From: an uncultured cyanobacterium
GTDB taxonomy: Bacteria > Cyanobacteriota > Cyanobacteriia > Cyanobacteriales > Nostocaceae
Direction: 5' to 3'
NCBI GenBank assembly: GCA_963740315.1
Contig: CAVUDP010000002.1
Span: 2,720,001-2,784,000, forward strand
DNA: 64,000 nt
Below are positions 20,222-31,570 of the stretch, piece by piece (positions within the stretch are counted from its first letter, which is position 1; every line of letters starts with the position of its first letter). Below the pieces are notes generated by a model that did not search any database, was not told the DNA's origin, and worked only from the letters and a program-made list of their open reading frames with translations. The translations under genes and the position numbers were made by a program.

Positions 20222-21142
20222 TTATTTGAGAATTTCTGCTAAAGCTGGTTTTAAGTTCGGATATTCGTATGTAAAACCGCTTGACAAAGTACGTTGGGGT
20301 AAAACTTTCTGACCTTCTAGCACTACTACCGCGCCATCACCTAACATCGCTTCGATCGCAATACCTGGGACTGGTAGCCAAGAGGGACGATTCATCACTT
20401 CGCCCATAGTTGAAGATAATTCTGCCATGCGAACGGGATGAGGGGCGGTGGCATTATATACACCTGACATTGACGATGTAGTTAAAGCCTGTAAAATTAA
20501 ATTCACAATATCGTCTACGTGAATCCACGAAAACCACTGCTCGCCACTACCAATTGGACCACCTGCAAATAGCTTGAATGGGGTAATCATTTTACCAAGC
20601 GCACCACCCATTCCCAAAACAATACCAAATCGCAAAATTACTAATCGCACGCCGCTATCTGTAACTTTCTGGGCTTCTGCTTCCCAAGTTTGACAAACTT
20701 GAGCCAGAAAATCGCTACCATTCGAGCTATTTTCATTAAAGGTGGTGGTTTCGCTGGTACCGTAGTAACCAACGGCAGAGGCATTTACTAATACTTTTGG
20801 TTTTGTCGTACTAAGAGCGATCGCTTCAACAATCTTTTGCGTAGTTAGCTTACGGCTATTTAAAATTTCCTGTTTGCGTTCGGTTGTCCAACGCCCTTCA
20901 CTAATAGGTGTGCCTGCAAGATTAACTACACCTTCACAATTAGCTATTTCATTTTGCCAAGAACCCGAAGCTGTCGGGGTATAACCAGCGATTTCGACAT
21001 TAGGATAAGCACTTGTCGGGAAAAACGAACGAGCGCGTTCGGCATTACGAGTTAACACCAGTACTTTTATACCTTGCTTTTGCAGGCGTTCTACCAAACG
21101 ACTGCCAACAAATCCCGTTGCTCCAGTAATTGCGACTTTCAT
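20222..21142 (-). CDS. TIGR01777/YfcH-family NAD-dependent epimerase-like protein (ThyD-like)
   Basis: MKVAITGATGFVG, VNLAG, SAVGYYG, GSGEQWFSWIH. Confidence 0.9.
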   Translation of the reverse strand: MKVAITGATGFVGSRLVERLQKQGIKVLVLTRNAERARSFFPTSAYPNVEIAGYTPTASGSWQNEIANCEGVVNLAGTPISEGRWTTERKQEILNSRKLTTQKIVEAIALSTTKPKVLVNASAVGYYGTSETTTFNENSSNGSDFLAQVCQTWEAEAQKVTDSGVRLVILRFGIVLGMGGALGKMITPFKLFAGGPIGSGEQWFSWIHVDDIVNLILQALTTSSMSGVYNATAPHPVRMAELSSTMGEVMNRPSWLPVPGIAIEAMLGDGAVVVLEGQKVLPQRTLSSGFTYEYPNLKPALAEILK

Positions 21143-21395
21143 TATTTTTTCCTGCACCAAACCATTATTTTACAGTTTTTAAGAGCCTGTAAGCTAAATA
21201 TTTCAGCAAAAATCATCGTATGACAAAAATAAGAAATTTTGTTCTTATAAATTCTACTTCCCTTACTCCGACTAGAATATCGGTAATGCGATCGGGGAAA
21301 TCACTGTTTTATTCGTTAATCATGATCTAATTACTTGGCTTTAAGAGGGTTAGGTATTATAGGATGGACGGAGTGTTATAAGGCGTGGGGCTATT

Positions 21396-21743
21396 ATGGC
21401 TCGCTATACAACTTCATATATTGTTTCTCTTCCCATAGATCATTTGCAACCGCTACTTTTAGAACTTCTACAACAATGTAATTTAGATGTACAGTACTAT
21501 ACATCTGATTATATTTTGGCTAGGGAAATTCCTGGTAGCGTTCCTTTCTCAAAATTTGTCACCATAGAGGTACTTATTGATAAAAGTACAGCTACGGAAA
21601 CAGAAACCAAGATGAATTTAGTGTTTAAAAACGAGGAATTACCACTCCAACTTGATAATCATTGCCGACAAGTTTTTGAACTTATTAAGCAAGTTATTGA
21701 AGATTGCCGTCACTGGCATTTAACTGAAACTCTTGCTGGATAG
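21396..21743 (+). CDS. Conserved hypothetical protein
   Basis: 115-aa ORF with ATG start and FKNEELPLQLDNHC motif. Confidence 0.7.
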   Translation: MARYTTSYIVSLPIDHLQPLLLELLQQCNLDVQYYTSDYILAREIPGSVPFSKFVTIEVLIDKSTATETETKMNLVFKNEELPLQLDNHCRQVFELIKQVIEDCRHWHLTETLAG

Positions 21744-21960
21744 TTCGTCTAAATTATGCTTAAGGCGTTTGTTGCGGTTGGGAAAAAAGCTAATTTACCG
21801 CAACAAATTGTCATTACAATCGAAATCCAAGAGGTGCAAAATGACTTTTTAAAATTGCGGTGTCAGCCTTCTATAATTCAAAATTTAAGACAGTTGCTAC
21901 GATTGCAATCTTATCGCAGCAATGTCCTAAAAATACTGGCATTGAGTCGGGGAATAATTT

Positions 21961-22410
21961 TCAATCCTCAGTATCATCTTCAGTCATACTGGGATTTATT
22001 AACGTGATGTCATATTCACTAGCATCCGTTTGCCCAGTTTGAGTTGAATCCCTTTGAAGTAGATAATAAATCGCACGTACCTGCGGACCGAATACGACCT
22101 CATCTTCATTTTTTAGGTCGTGAGCTGGTATTTTACTGCGTCCGTTAATCATCAAACCATTAGAACTAGGTTTGCCTTTAACATCGCCATCTACAATGCG
22201 GTAATAGAATCGCTTGTCATTTTTACCACTTCTTGGTAATTGTACTAATGTCGCATGACGACGGGAGACAAACTGCGACACTAAATGAATATCGCAGTCG
22301 CGATCTCTACCGATAGAATAAAGGGATTTGTCTAAAGTAAATTCTTTACGTCCCTGGTCGTCTTCTATAATCAAAATATGAGCTTCATTTTCATTCGATT
22401 GTACTGCCAT
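21961..22410 (-). CDS. FHA domain protein
   Basis: IGR...SRRHA...SSNG FHA signature; upstream starts to 22485 possible. Confidence 0.9.
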   Translation of the reverse strand: MAVQSNENEAHILIIEDDQGRKEFTLDKSLYSIGRDRDCDIHLVSQFVSRRHATLVQLPRSGKNDKRFYYRIVDGDVKGKPSSNGLMINGRSKIPAHDLKNEDEVVFGPQVRAIYYLLQRDSTQTGQTDASEYDITLINPSMTEDDTED

Positions 22411-22701
22411 AGACTTATCGTTGCTACAATCGGTTGAACTGTAAGCGATCGTCATTGGTTTGGTATCGTTTATTGCCATTATCAAACCTAAACTCAGTGG
22501 TCAAAAGCTGCAATCTATCTTCAACATTGACTATTATTGCAAGAGTAGAACGCGAATGTTTTACTCTCTTTAGATTGACGCAGCTTGAAGTTACGTTTCA
22601 AAAATATGTGAGAAACGTAACACCATACTACCGACCTAGTTTAACCTGAGATGAGCAAAACGAATATTTTTGCTAAAGAATAATACCTCTAAAGGAGGAT
22701 T

Positions 22702-25086
22702 TTAGGAATTACTAGCAAACCTTCTTAACAGAAGGGAATTAGTTACTACGCTAACGGAACTAAAAGCCATTAAAGCAGCAGCGCCTCCGGGATTCAGAAT
22801 GAAACCGAGGCTCGGTAATAATACACCAGCAGCCAAAGGAATTCCTACTACATTATATGCGAATGCCCAGAATAAATTTTGACGGATTTTGTTGAAGGTA
22901 GCGCGACTCAGAGTTAAAGCTTCTACAACGTCTGTTAATTTATCTCGCATCAGGACAATTTCAGCGGCTTCCATTGCTACATCGGTTCCCGAATGCAGAG
23001 AAATACCGACATCGGCGCTCGATAAAGCTGGTGCATCGTTGATCCCATCACCTACCATTGCTACAAGAGATTGGGGATGAGAATTTTGTAGCGATTGGAT
23101 GACTGCTGCTTTTTTCGCGGGAGGGATACCAGAGTAGACATCATTCGTATCTAATCCTAATTGTTCGGCTGTAGCCAAAGCGGCTTCTTCGGTATCGCCG
23201 CTGAGTAACATAACTCGCAATCCTTTTGAACGAAGTTGTTCTACTGTTGAAAAGGCATCTTCTCTGAGAGTATCTTGAACGGCAATTAATCCAGCTATTT
23301 CATCCCCAGTCGCGACACCAACTACTGTTTTTCCAGCTTTTGCTAAGGTTTGAATTTGTTTTTGAATGGTTTGATTGATGTCAATACCGTTCAATTTTAG
23401 CCATTCACAGCTACCTAACAAAACTGTGGTATCTTTTACTATGGCAGATACGCCAAATCCCGCTTCGGTATGAAAATCGGTCGCTGCGGGTATAGATAAT
23501 TTTTGTTCTCTTGCTGATTTGAGAATTGCTTTAGCTAAGGGATGTTGGCTACCGCTTTCTACAGATGAAGCTAGCTCAATCAAGGAATTCGCCGTACTTT
23601 TATCTGATATGGGAATGCAATCTGTGACGGTGGGATTACCAGTAGTTAAGGTACCAGTTTTATCAAATACTATTGTATGTAATTTGTGTACCTTTTCTAA
23701 AACATCGCCGCCTTTAATTAACAAACCTCGTTCCGCGCCGATACCAGTTCCAACTATAATTGCTGTGGGTGTAGCAAGTCCCAAAGCACAGGGACAAGCA
23801 ACCACCATTACAGCGATCGCTAATTTTAAACTAATTAATATTGGGGAGTAATGGATTGAGGTTTGCGAATGTGCCTCTTTAAGGACTGCTGAGGCAGCGA
23901 TATCGTGCCAAATATGAGTGCCGATAAAGTACCAAAATACAAATGTTAGTAAAGCGGTAGTTAATACGCCGTAGGTAAAGTAACCGGCGACAGTATCGGC
24001 TAATCTCTGAACTGGTGCTTTACGAATTTGTGCTGTTTCTACTAAACCGACGATTTGCGCTAAGGTTGTGTCGTCTCCGGTGCGAGTTGCGCTCATAACG
24101 ATCGTTCCCGACTGGTTAATAGTTCCCGCACTTACACACGATCCTACTTGTTTGGGAACTGGTGCCGATTCTCCGGTAAGCATCGACTCATCAAGGGCTG
24201 TTTTCCCTTCCACTACTTCACCATCAACGGGAATCTTGTCTCCTGGAAGTACTTGTAACCATTCACCAATACGCACTTGTTCGGCAGGGATTTCTAGAAT
24301 TTCCCTAGTTTGCTCGGCGTTATGGCGATCGGATTTAGCTATTAATCGGGCAATACTAGGTCTTAATGATAGTAATTCTCGGAATGCAGCAGAAGCGCGA
24401 TTTCTAGCTCGTTTCTCTAAGGTACGTCCTAACAGGATAAAACCTAATATCATCACGGGTTCGTCGAAGAAACATTCCCAACCCAACCCAGGAAATATTA
24501 ACGCGACTACGCTAGCAATATATGCACTTAAGGTTCCTAGAGCAACTAAAGTGTTCATGTTGGGTGCATTTCGCCGCAAACCCAACCAGCCATCTACCAA
24601 AATGGGGCGACCTGGTATTAATATTGCTACTGTTGCCAATCCAAAGTGAAACCAGATATTGTGCAACACCGGAATTTGAGAGCCGCTAATATTGCTCAAA
24701 TGTCCGATCGCCGAAAACACCAGCAGCAATACAGAAACGATCAACTGCCTTCTCGCTTCTTGCATTTCTTGGCGCTTTTTTTCTTCAGCTTCTTTTAAAG
24801 CTTGGGCGCTATCTGTTTCTCCGGGTGGTTTGCGGGGCTTACTCGGAAATCCTGCCGCTGTCAACTTTTCGGCTAATGCATCAGCGATCGTCAGTTCTTC
24901 CGAGTCTACCACTGCTACCCCAGTAGCTAAATTCACACAGGCATTGTAGACTCCTGGAAATTGAGTTAATTGCTTTTCTACCGTACTTACGCAGCCAGCA
25001 CATTGCATACCCTCGACATCAAAGGTAATTTTGTTTTTGGTTGCCGGTGTACTGTCGGCTTTGCTTTCTTTCGGTGCCAGTTGCAT
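22702..25086 (-). CDS. ctaA: Cu(I)-transporting P1B-type ATPase (CtaA-like)
   Basis: N-terminal GMQCAGC metal-binding domain, TGES, CPC, DKTGT, HP, GDGIND and YN...MAFSS. Confidence 0.85.
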   Translation of the reverse strand: MQLAPKESKADSTPATKNKITFDVEGMQCAGCVSTVEKQLTQFPGVYNACVNLATGVAVVDSEELTIADALAEKLTAAGFPSKPRKPPGETDSAQALKEAEEKKRQEMQEARRQLIVSVLLLVFSAIGHLSNISGSQIPVLHNIWFHFGLATVAILIPGRPILVDGWLGLRRNAPNMNTLVALGTLSAYIASVVALIFPGLGWECFFDEPVMILGFILLGRTLEKRARNRASAAFRELLSLRPSIARLIAKSDRHNAEQTREILEIPAEQVRIGEWLQVLPGDKIPVDGEVVEGKTALDESMLTGESAPVPKQVGSCVSAGTINQSGTIVMSATRTGDDTTLAQIVGLVETAQIRKAPVQRLADTVAGYFTYGVLTTALLTFVFWYFIGTHIWHDIAASAVLKEAHSQTSIHYSPILISLKLAIAVMVVACPCALGLATPTAIIVGTGIGAERGLLIKGGDVLEKVHKLHTIVFDKTGTLTTGNPTVTDCIPISDKSTANSLIELASSVESGSQHPLAKAILKSAREQKLSIPAATDFHTEAGFGVSAIVKDTTVLLGSCEWLKLNGIDINQTIQKQIQTLAKAGKTVVGVATGDEIAGLIAVQDTLREDAFSTVEQLRSKGLRVMLLSGDTEEAALATAEQLGLDTNDVYSGIPPAKKAAVIQSLQNSHPQSLVAMVGDGINDAPALSSADVGISLHSGTDVAMEAAEIVLMRDKLTDVVEALTLSRATFNKIRQNLFWAFAYNVVGIPLAAGVLLPSLGFILNPGGAAALMAFSSVSVVTNSLLLRRFASNS

Positions 25087-25249
25087 ATAAAATGTTCGGA
25101 TTCGCTATAAAAATAAAAATGCCGTCTTTTGGGACATAACATTATGCTTGCCCCTACTTCGAGGGTAAGCGAAATCCGGACTTATGACCGAGTGTCTCAA
25201 GTATTAACTTTTGTAAAAGCTTGTGAAAACCGGATATTTAGATTATTAC

Positions 25250-25432
25250 TCAACTAAATTCCTTATCGCGATGCCAACGCAGATAAGTGAAATAGATAAC
25301 AGCACCCAATTGGAATGGAATTAAAGCAGCTTGGCTTTTTAAAAAGGGATTTATTGACAAACTAGACATTGCCAAGAAATAACCCATGCCCAAGCAGGTA
25401 AGCATTATTAATGTGATTTTACGTTTGAACAT
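25250..25432 (-). CDS. Small hypothetical membrane protein
   Basis: 60-aa ORF with two hydrophobic stretches. Confidence 0.5.
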   Translation of the reverse strand: MFKRKITLIMLTCLGMGYFLAMSSLSINPFLKSQAALIPFQLGAVIYFTYLRWHRDKEFS

Positions 25433-25769
25433 CAGCCCACACAGGATAGAAATTATTTTGTTGTTCTATGAATATGTATTGAATAGATAATCTTGAAAAT
25501 CCTAAATTCTAACTAGAGAATTTGGATATCGAAAATATCTATTTGCACAAATTATTAATTTGTCATATAAACTTGTTGGATGGATAAAAATCCTAGCCCT
25601 ATGCTTCGATCTATATATAGTTCATAGCCATTCAACAGCTAGGACTAAATGTATAAGTTAGCTTGCAATTCAAAGAAAAATATAACTAAAGTTAATATTG
25701 CAATTACGACAAATACGCACCCAAAATATTTAAAAAAAATAAAAGCCTTATAAGAACTTTTAGATTTTT

Positions 25770-26045
25770 CTAGAACCAGCCTTGCTTATTCATGAAATAG
25801 GTACCAACGAAATCTTCATGGGATTTATTTAAGTAAATCATTCCTTCAATCAAACCTACAAGCTGCATGATTAAAAAAGATAAACCGTAGGTGAAATAAC
25901 CGCCTATTACAGAAATAATTATGGTAATTAAGCCTTCTGGAGCGTACCCCAAAACAAACTTATGAATACCTAATCCTCCGAAAATGATCCCGCAGTAACC
26001 AGCTAGTAATTGCTTAGTAGCGTGAGAGGGGGTGAGTTTTGCCAT
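25770..26045 (-). CDS. TM2 domain membrane protein
   Basis: GIIFGGLGIHKFVLGY...GLIEGMIYL; GGAG RBS. Confidence 0.85.
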   Translation of the reverse strand: MAKLTPSHATKQLLAGYCGIIFGGLGIHKFVLGYAPEGLITIIISVIGGYFTYGLSFLIMQLVGLIEGMIYLNKSHEDFVGTYFMNKQGWF

Positions 26046-26747
26046 ATTGCTGCTCCGTAAGAATAAAAATATAAAATTGATGCCTTATTTTTTGTTAGCA
26101 GAATATTCAGTAATGTATTACTGCTAACTGGTAAAATTACTGTCTAGAATTCAAGAATCCTTTACAGCAAGCAAGCCCGAACTATGTTCTAGCTTTGCCT
26201 AGATTCGTATTGCTACTTCTATTCTTCTGTATATATTTTTTTCTGCAATTTTTGTATCGCTGTATTCTGCCTCATGACAGATACCCACTAAAAGACAATT
26301 ATTTGCAATAACTGCCATTTATCAGCGATGCCATATTCAGTTATACAAGTCCTTCTTCAGAAATTCCGGACTTTTTCAGTGCGCTACAACCATTTAGTTA
26401 CGCTCTTATCCTGCTTTTATAAGCAATCGGGAGCGCAACTCAATTTATTATGCTTTCTGACTCTGAAATACTATCGATCGTAGAATATACCCTAATTCAT
26501 TTTCAATTTTAAAACAATTGAAAATAGCGAGCATCTCCACAAAGGCTGAAAGTAGTTAATAAAAACTATACGTTTACTTAAATAGCCAGTTATATATCTA
26601 ACATAATTTTTAAGATTAACATTGTGTTGAGCATTTATGCTTTCAACCGTAGATTTGTCTACACCCACTATAGTGATAACTAATTGAAAAATTGTTACAC
26701 ATAATTAATGCAGATATTTTTTATTCTGACAACGGTATCTCTAGGTG

Positions 26748-28307
26748 TCAATTGGTACTACTACCTAAGATGAATAGGCTCAGTAAAGTACCGCTATTCC
26801 AAAGACTGTGGAGGAGCATGGGAGCAAGAAGATTTCGCGATCGCGAATAAACCACGCCAAGCACGATCCCCAATGCTGTAAGCGGTAAAATTTCGGAGAA
26901 GCTCAGGTGAGCGACGGCAAACAATAAACTAGAAATAAGTATCGATCCCCAGACTGGTAAGTAGCGAGTTAGGGAAGGAAGCAAGAATCCGCGAAACAAA
27001 AATTCTTCAAATAATGGTGCAGCAATGGCGGCTGTAGAGAAAAATATCAATAATGCCAGGTTATCTCGACTTTCTAAAACTATTTGTAGTAAGGGATTAC
27101 TACCACCTTGACCTTGCCACAGTTGTTGATTAACTATGGAAACTAGTATGACTATAGGTATCGCCGCACAATAGCCGCCGATTCCCCATAGCAACCAGCC
27201 ATCGCGCAAGCGAAAGCGAAACCAATTTTCGGGTAGGGGGAAAAATTGTTTGATAGAAAAGTACAATACCAATAGCGAACCTGACGCTACGAGTATGTAG
27301 CTAATTAAAACGTATAGTGCTTGGATTCGCAGATTAGGGGCTGGACGAGGTATAGGAAGAAGTTGTAAAGCTAATGGTACGAGTAATTGTCCCATCAAGA
27401 AAAAGCCGACAACAAAAACCTGTAAAATTATTTGTGCATCCCAAGGAGTTGTCCAACCTACTTCAGCATTTCGAGCTATTAACGCTGCTTTTCTTTTGAT
27501 TACCCACTGCCCAAACAGAAAAAGAAGCAATCCTAATCCGATGAAGCCTCCTAATGCAGGAAGGGTAGCGATCGCAGTTAATTTTATTAAAGCTTTTTCT
27601 GCTGCTTGTCGCTCTATAACCTTAAGATTATTTAAAGATTTTGCATCCTGCTGAAGTTGGTATGTTTTTTCTAAAGCACTATAGCGAAACCAACCTTTAA
27701 GATTATCGTTAATTAATAATGGAGCATCTTCTAAAACGCGGGGAGATTTATCCCATAAGGCAATTAATACCCGACTTGTTTCGCCAAACTGGGGATTGAT
27801 GCTTTGATTTTTTTGTAATTGCTGCCAAGTTGCGATCGCGCTATCGGTGTTACCTTGACGTGCTTGGAGAATTCCAATCTGTAAATCTAACTCAGCAAGT
27901 GATTTTTGCAGTTGATTGGAAGTTTGCTGTAATTGTTTTTGTTGTACTGATTTACTTAAATTAGTTACAGGAGTAGCGGATGATTCAGGTTTTGGTGTGT
28001 CACGTAATTGCGCTAATTGAGTTTGAGCTTTTTCTAAATTAGTAACAGATGATGTACGTGCTTCTTGATATTGCTCAAGTGCGCCATCAAGGGGTTTTGC
28101 GCCGAGTATTGCTTTCTTTGCGCTTTGTAAATTTTCGTCATCTCCTTGAGAGGGTTGCCATTCAGTGGCGAGCAATACAATATTAGTTTGGTACAATTCC
28201 AACTGACTTTGGATTTGAGGTTCCTTCAAACTCCCGATTAAAGAGGAACCAGAAAATAAAATTGCTACTATCGTCAGTACAAATAAAATTATCCGCTTAA
28301 GTGTCAT
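26748..28307 (-). CDS. CPBP (CAAX/Abi) family intramembrane metalloprotease
   Basis: EEFLFRG, FAVAH and HSLWN motifs. Confidence 0.9.
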   Translation of the reverse strand: MTLKRIILFVLTIVAILFSGSSLIGSLKEPQIQSQLELYQTNIVLLATEWQPSQGDDENLQSAKKAILGAKPLDGALEQYQEARTSSVTNLEKAQTQLAQLRDTPKPESSATPVTNLSKSVQQKQLQQTSNQLQKSLAELDLQIGILQARQGNTDSAIATWQQLQKNQSINPQFGETSRVLIALWDKSPRVLEDAPLLINDNLKGWFRYSALEKTYQLQQDAKSLNNLKVIERQAAEKALIKLTAIATLPALGGFIGLGLLLFLFGQWVIKRKAALIARNAEVGWTTPWDAQIILQVFVVGFFLMGQLLVPLALQLLPIPRPAPNLRIQALYVLISYILVASGSLLVLYFSIKQFFPLPENWFRFRLRDGWLLWGIGGYCAAIPIVILVSIVNQQLWQGQGGSNPLLQIVLESRDNLALLIFFSTAAIAAPLFEEFLFRGFLLPSLTRYLPVWGSILISSLLFAVAHLSFSEILPLTALGIVLGVVYSRSRNLLAPMLLHSLWNSGTLLSLFILGSSTN

Positions 28308-28407
28308 CTATCCATCTCAATTAACAAGCTTCCTGTGGGAATTATCGCAATAAAACGCCACAACGAACATCTTTCCTAAGAAATGCATAGGATGATTTAA
28401 TTTTTCG

Positions 28408-28526
28408 ATGGGGATGAGGGGATGGGGGGATGGAGAGATGGGGAGATGGGGAGATGGGGAGTACTTCGACAAGTCTTACAGTGAGCTACGTCGAACTGCT
28501 CAGTAACCTTTGGGGAGATGGGGGGA
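28408..28526. repeat. STRR (GGGGAGAT)n array carrying a nested short dispersed repeat
   Basis: Octamer tandem flanks GTACTTCGACAA[25 nt]GCTCAGTAACC. Confidence 0.8.
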
Positions 28527-28632
28527 AATAAATTATTAACTAACGTTTTGCATCTCTCTTTATTTCTTTGCTCTGCGCTCTCTGCGTCTCGGCGGTTTTT
28601 TTATCAGTAATCTTGTGCCGGGAAGAAAGTCA

Positions 28633-29262
28633 TTATCCTATCTGTTTTACCCAACTCCGAAATGACTTTAACAAAGCTATTTCTCCCATAGTTTTACTTT
28701 GTTCGATAAATCTACTAATATCTTTCACCGATACTAAAGGAAAAGCAATACTAAATTCACATTCAACATATTCGTCTTCAAGCAACTGATAAAGTTTCAA
28801 ATTTTTACCGTCATATCTCCACAATTCATTGACACCTAAAGCAGCATAAATATCTAACTTATCAACCGAACTGCTGGTAATATCAATTTCAATTGCTAAA
28901 TCGGGTGCTGGTGAATTTGTTAAATCGAGTGTTTCTCTTCCCCTAACGGCTAATTCATTTTGAATATAGTAACAGTTATCTGGTTCTATTCCTTTTCTAA
29001 CAATTTTTCTTTTTAAAGTTGTGGAACCAGCGCTTTTAATTTCTATATTCAGTTCTTCAGCCAGAATAAATATAAAACGGTCAAAATTTATCTTCGGATT
29101 TTCGTGTTCAAAAAGCGGAGTCATAATTTCTAAAGTAGTACCGTCATAAGCAAATCGAGAACCTCTATCTTCACCAGTTTCTCTGAGTAAAGTTTCAAAT
29201 GTTTCCCAACTAATGTTGTGCAGTACTGTTCGCTGTTCTGCGGGAGCATAAGTTACAATCAT
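28633..29262 (-). CDS. Uma2 family (DUF820) PD-(D/E)XK endonuclease
   Basis: LHNISWETFE, EPDNCYYIQN, PDLAIEIDITSSS, YAALGVNELWRYDG. Confidence 0.9.
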   Translation of the reverse strand: MIVTYAPAEQRTVLHNISWETFETLLRETGEDRGSRFAYDGTTLEIMTPLFEHENPKINFDRFIFILAEELNIEIKSAGSTTLKRKIVRKGIEPDNCYYIQNELAVRGRETLDLTNSPAPDLAIEIDITSSSVDKLDIYAALGVNELWRYDGKNLKLYQLLEDEYVECEFSIAFPLVSVKDISRFIEQSKTMGEIALLKSFRSWVKQIG

Positions 29263-29281
29263 TTTTTTTTATTTCAATAGG

Positions 29282-29883
29282 TTATTTTTCAGAAAGAATA
29301 TGACACAAGATTCAGAATATTTTATTTATATTATTAATATAATATTCGTTAAGGTCAATCTCTACAATATTTTCATTAAGTTTTAAAACTTCCAATTAGT
29401 TCCAGTAGTAACGGTTCCATAAATAATTGGAATGTTATTTCCCTCTTCCTCGTTAAAGATTTTAGCGGCAAGCATTTCTGCAACACATTTACCTAAACCT
29501 GCATTAATATTTTCCTTTTTCGCTTCTACAATAGTAATTACAGGAGCATTTAAAATTAATAATTCTGGAGAAAGACTAAGAATAAAGTCGCAATTTCCAT
29601 TTAAACCTTGACTGGAATCCACTGTAAAATCAATACCTGAAAATAAACTTACTTGATTTTTTAAGTATTTTCTCACTGCAATTAAAATCGGCGAAAGAAT
29701 CATTTCGGAACGAGATTTTTCTGTATTGCTGGCTAGTGCTAATGGAAGATTTTCTTCTAAAGTTTGTGAAAGTAATGTTGGTGTTTCTATTTCAGGTATC
29801 GAAGCAAAGATATCGATCGTGTCAGAAATCGTCAGATTAAAGGCTTTTCTGACTTTAGATAAAGTAAAGTCGCTGTATGACAC
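29282..29883 (-). pseudogene. Decayed PD-(D/E)XK nuclease-like cyanobacterial protein (frameshift plus nonsense)
   Basis: GNCDFILS...IVEAKK motif. ORF stops at 29383; adding one T restores [35 protein letters not shown] with an internal TGA at 29312-29314. Confidence 0.7.
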
Positions 29884-30073
29884 GCTAATTGCTCCTGCAA
29901 TATATTTTAAATTATGCAGGGCAACGCACTACGCAAACCCCGTCAAAACTCATGTGGTTAAACATCAAAAGAACTTACCTAAAATGCGATCGCATACATT
30001 TTTAGATAAGTCCTATCTAATATAAAAATTTTTTGCAAGTAATTGTTAAGAGCAGAAGTTCTCTACCATCAAT

Positions 30074-31336
30074 TTAACCCATCATACTGCTAAAGAAATC
30101 CAAAGTCTCTTGCAAAGCTTTGATAAAAATATCGATTTCTTCACGGGTATTATAAAAGGATAAACTTACTCTTGCAGTACCGGGAGCATCTAAAATACGA
30201 TGTAATGGTTGCGTGCAATGATGTCCGGAACGAATTGCTACACCTTCATTATCTAATAAAGTGGATAAGTCGTTGGGATGAACTTCTCCAGTGGTAAATG
30301 AAGCTAATGCAGCCCTTCCATAACCTTTTGCATCGGGTTTGGGACCGTAAATTCTTAGTTCTGGTATTTTACCTAATTGCTCAAATAAATAACCAGTCAA
30401 TTCTGATTCGTAAGCATAGATTTTGTCCATGCCAATATTGTTAAGATAATCCACTGCCGCACCCAAAGCAATCGCTTCCCCAATTGCGGGGGTACCTGCT
30501 TCAAATTTGTGGGGTAATTCTGCGTAGGTGGAATGGTCTAAATATACGTCAGCAATCATTTCTCCACCACCCATAAATGGCGGCATTGCGGAAAGGGTTT
30601 CTAACTTTCCATACAAGAAACCAATGCCCGTAGGAGCGCACATTTTATGCCCGGAAGCTACCAACCAATCGCAGCCAATTTGCTGCACGTCAACTGACAT
30701 ATGAGGTACGCTTTGGCAGGCATCAATTAATACTTTAGCTTTTTTTGCATGAGCTAATTTACAAATTTCTGATACCGGATTTATACAGCCCAAAGTATTA
30801 GAAACATGAACTATTGACACTAACTTAGTTTTATCGGAAAGCAGCTTTTTAAATTGTTCTAAATCAAAAGTTTCTTCCAGTGTCAATTCAACATATTTCA
30901 ATACCGCACCAGTCTTTTGAGCGACTAATTGCCACGGTATAATGTTGCTGTGGTGTTCCATCACCGAAAGAATTATTTCATCTCCCGGTTTTAAATTGTT
31001 CATTCCCCAACTGTAAGCAACTAAGTTTATTGCTTCAGTAGCGCCACGGGTAAAAACGATTTCTTCACGAGATTTAGCATTAAGAAATTTAGCAATTTTA
31101 TCTCTTGCTGCTTCGTATGCGTCGGTAGCTTTTGCGCTCAGGTGATGTGCGCCGCGATGTACGTTAGCATTGTATCCTTCGTAATAGTTACGAATACTAT
31201 CGAGTACGAATACAGGTTTTTGAGATGTTGCAGCGTTGTCTAAATAAACTAAAGGTTTACCGTTAACTTCTTGGTGTAATATCGGGAAGTCTTGGCGAAC
31301 TTTATCGGCAAGGGTTTTTTCCTGGGTGAAAGTCAT
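30074..31336 (-). CDS. sufS: Cysteine desulfurase SufS
   Basis: [16 protein letters not shown] (PLP lysine), RSGHHC. Confidence 0.95.
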   Translation of the reverse strand: MTFTQEKTLADKVRQDFPILHQEVNGKPLVYLDNAATSQKPVFVLDSIRNYYEGYNANVHRGAHHLSAKATDAYEAARDKIAKFLNAKSREEIVFTRGATEAINLVAYSWGMNNLKPGDEIILSVMEHHSNIIPWQLVAQKTGAVLKYVELTLEETFDLEQFKKLLSDKTKLVSIVHVSNTLGCINPVSEICKLAHAKKAKVLIDACQSVPHMSVDVQQIGCDWLVASGHKMCAPTGIGFLYGKLETLSAMPPFMGGGEMIADVYLDHSTYAELPHKFEAGTPAIGEAIALGAAVDYLNNIGMDKIYAYESELTGYLFEQLGKIPELRIYGPKPDAKGYGRAALASFTTGEVHPNDLSTLLDNEGVAIRSGHHCTQPLHRILDAPGTARVSLSFYNTREEIDIFIKALQETLDFFSSMMG

Positions 31337-31570
31337 ACTATTTTGGATTTTGGATTTTGGATTTTGGATTTAGATTAATAGTTTTGGATTAAAGATTGAA
31401 TTTTAGTTGCAAAATAAATATTACTTTTATCATGCTCAAAAATTAATGATTTAATTAAACCACAGAGGCGCAGAGGATAGAGAGACACAAAAAGTAAATA
31501 ATTTAACGAGCATAATCAAGCTGTTTACTATGGTTTTTGCTTACTCAATCTAAAATCCAAAATCTAAAAT

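Noticed and set aside
24068..24649. 193-aa antisense ORF, and similar shadow ORFs within sufB, sufC, GT4, peroxidase and nagZ
   Set aside because: Opposite-strand shadows of well-supported genes with no independent motifs
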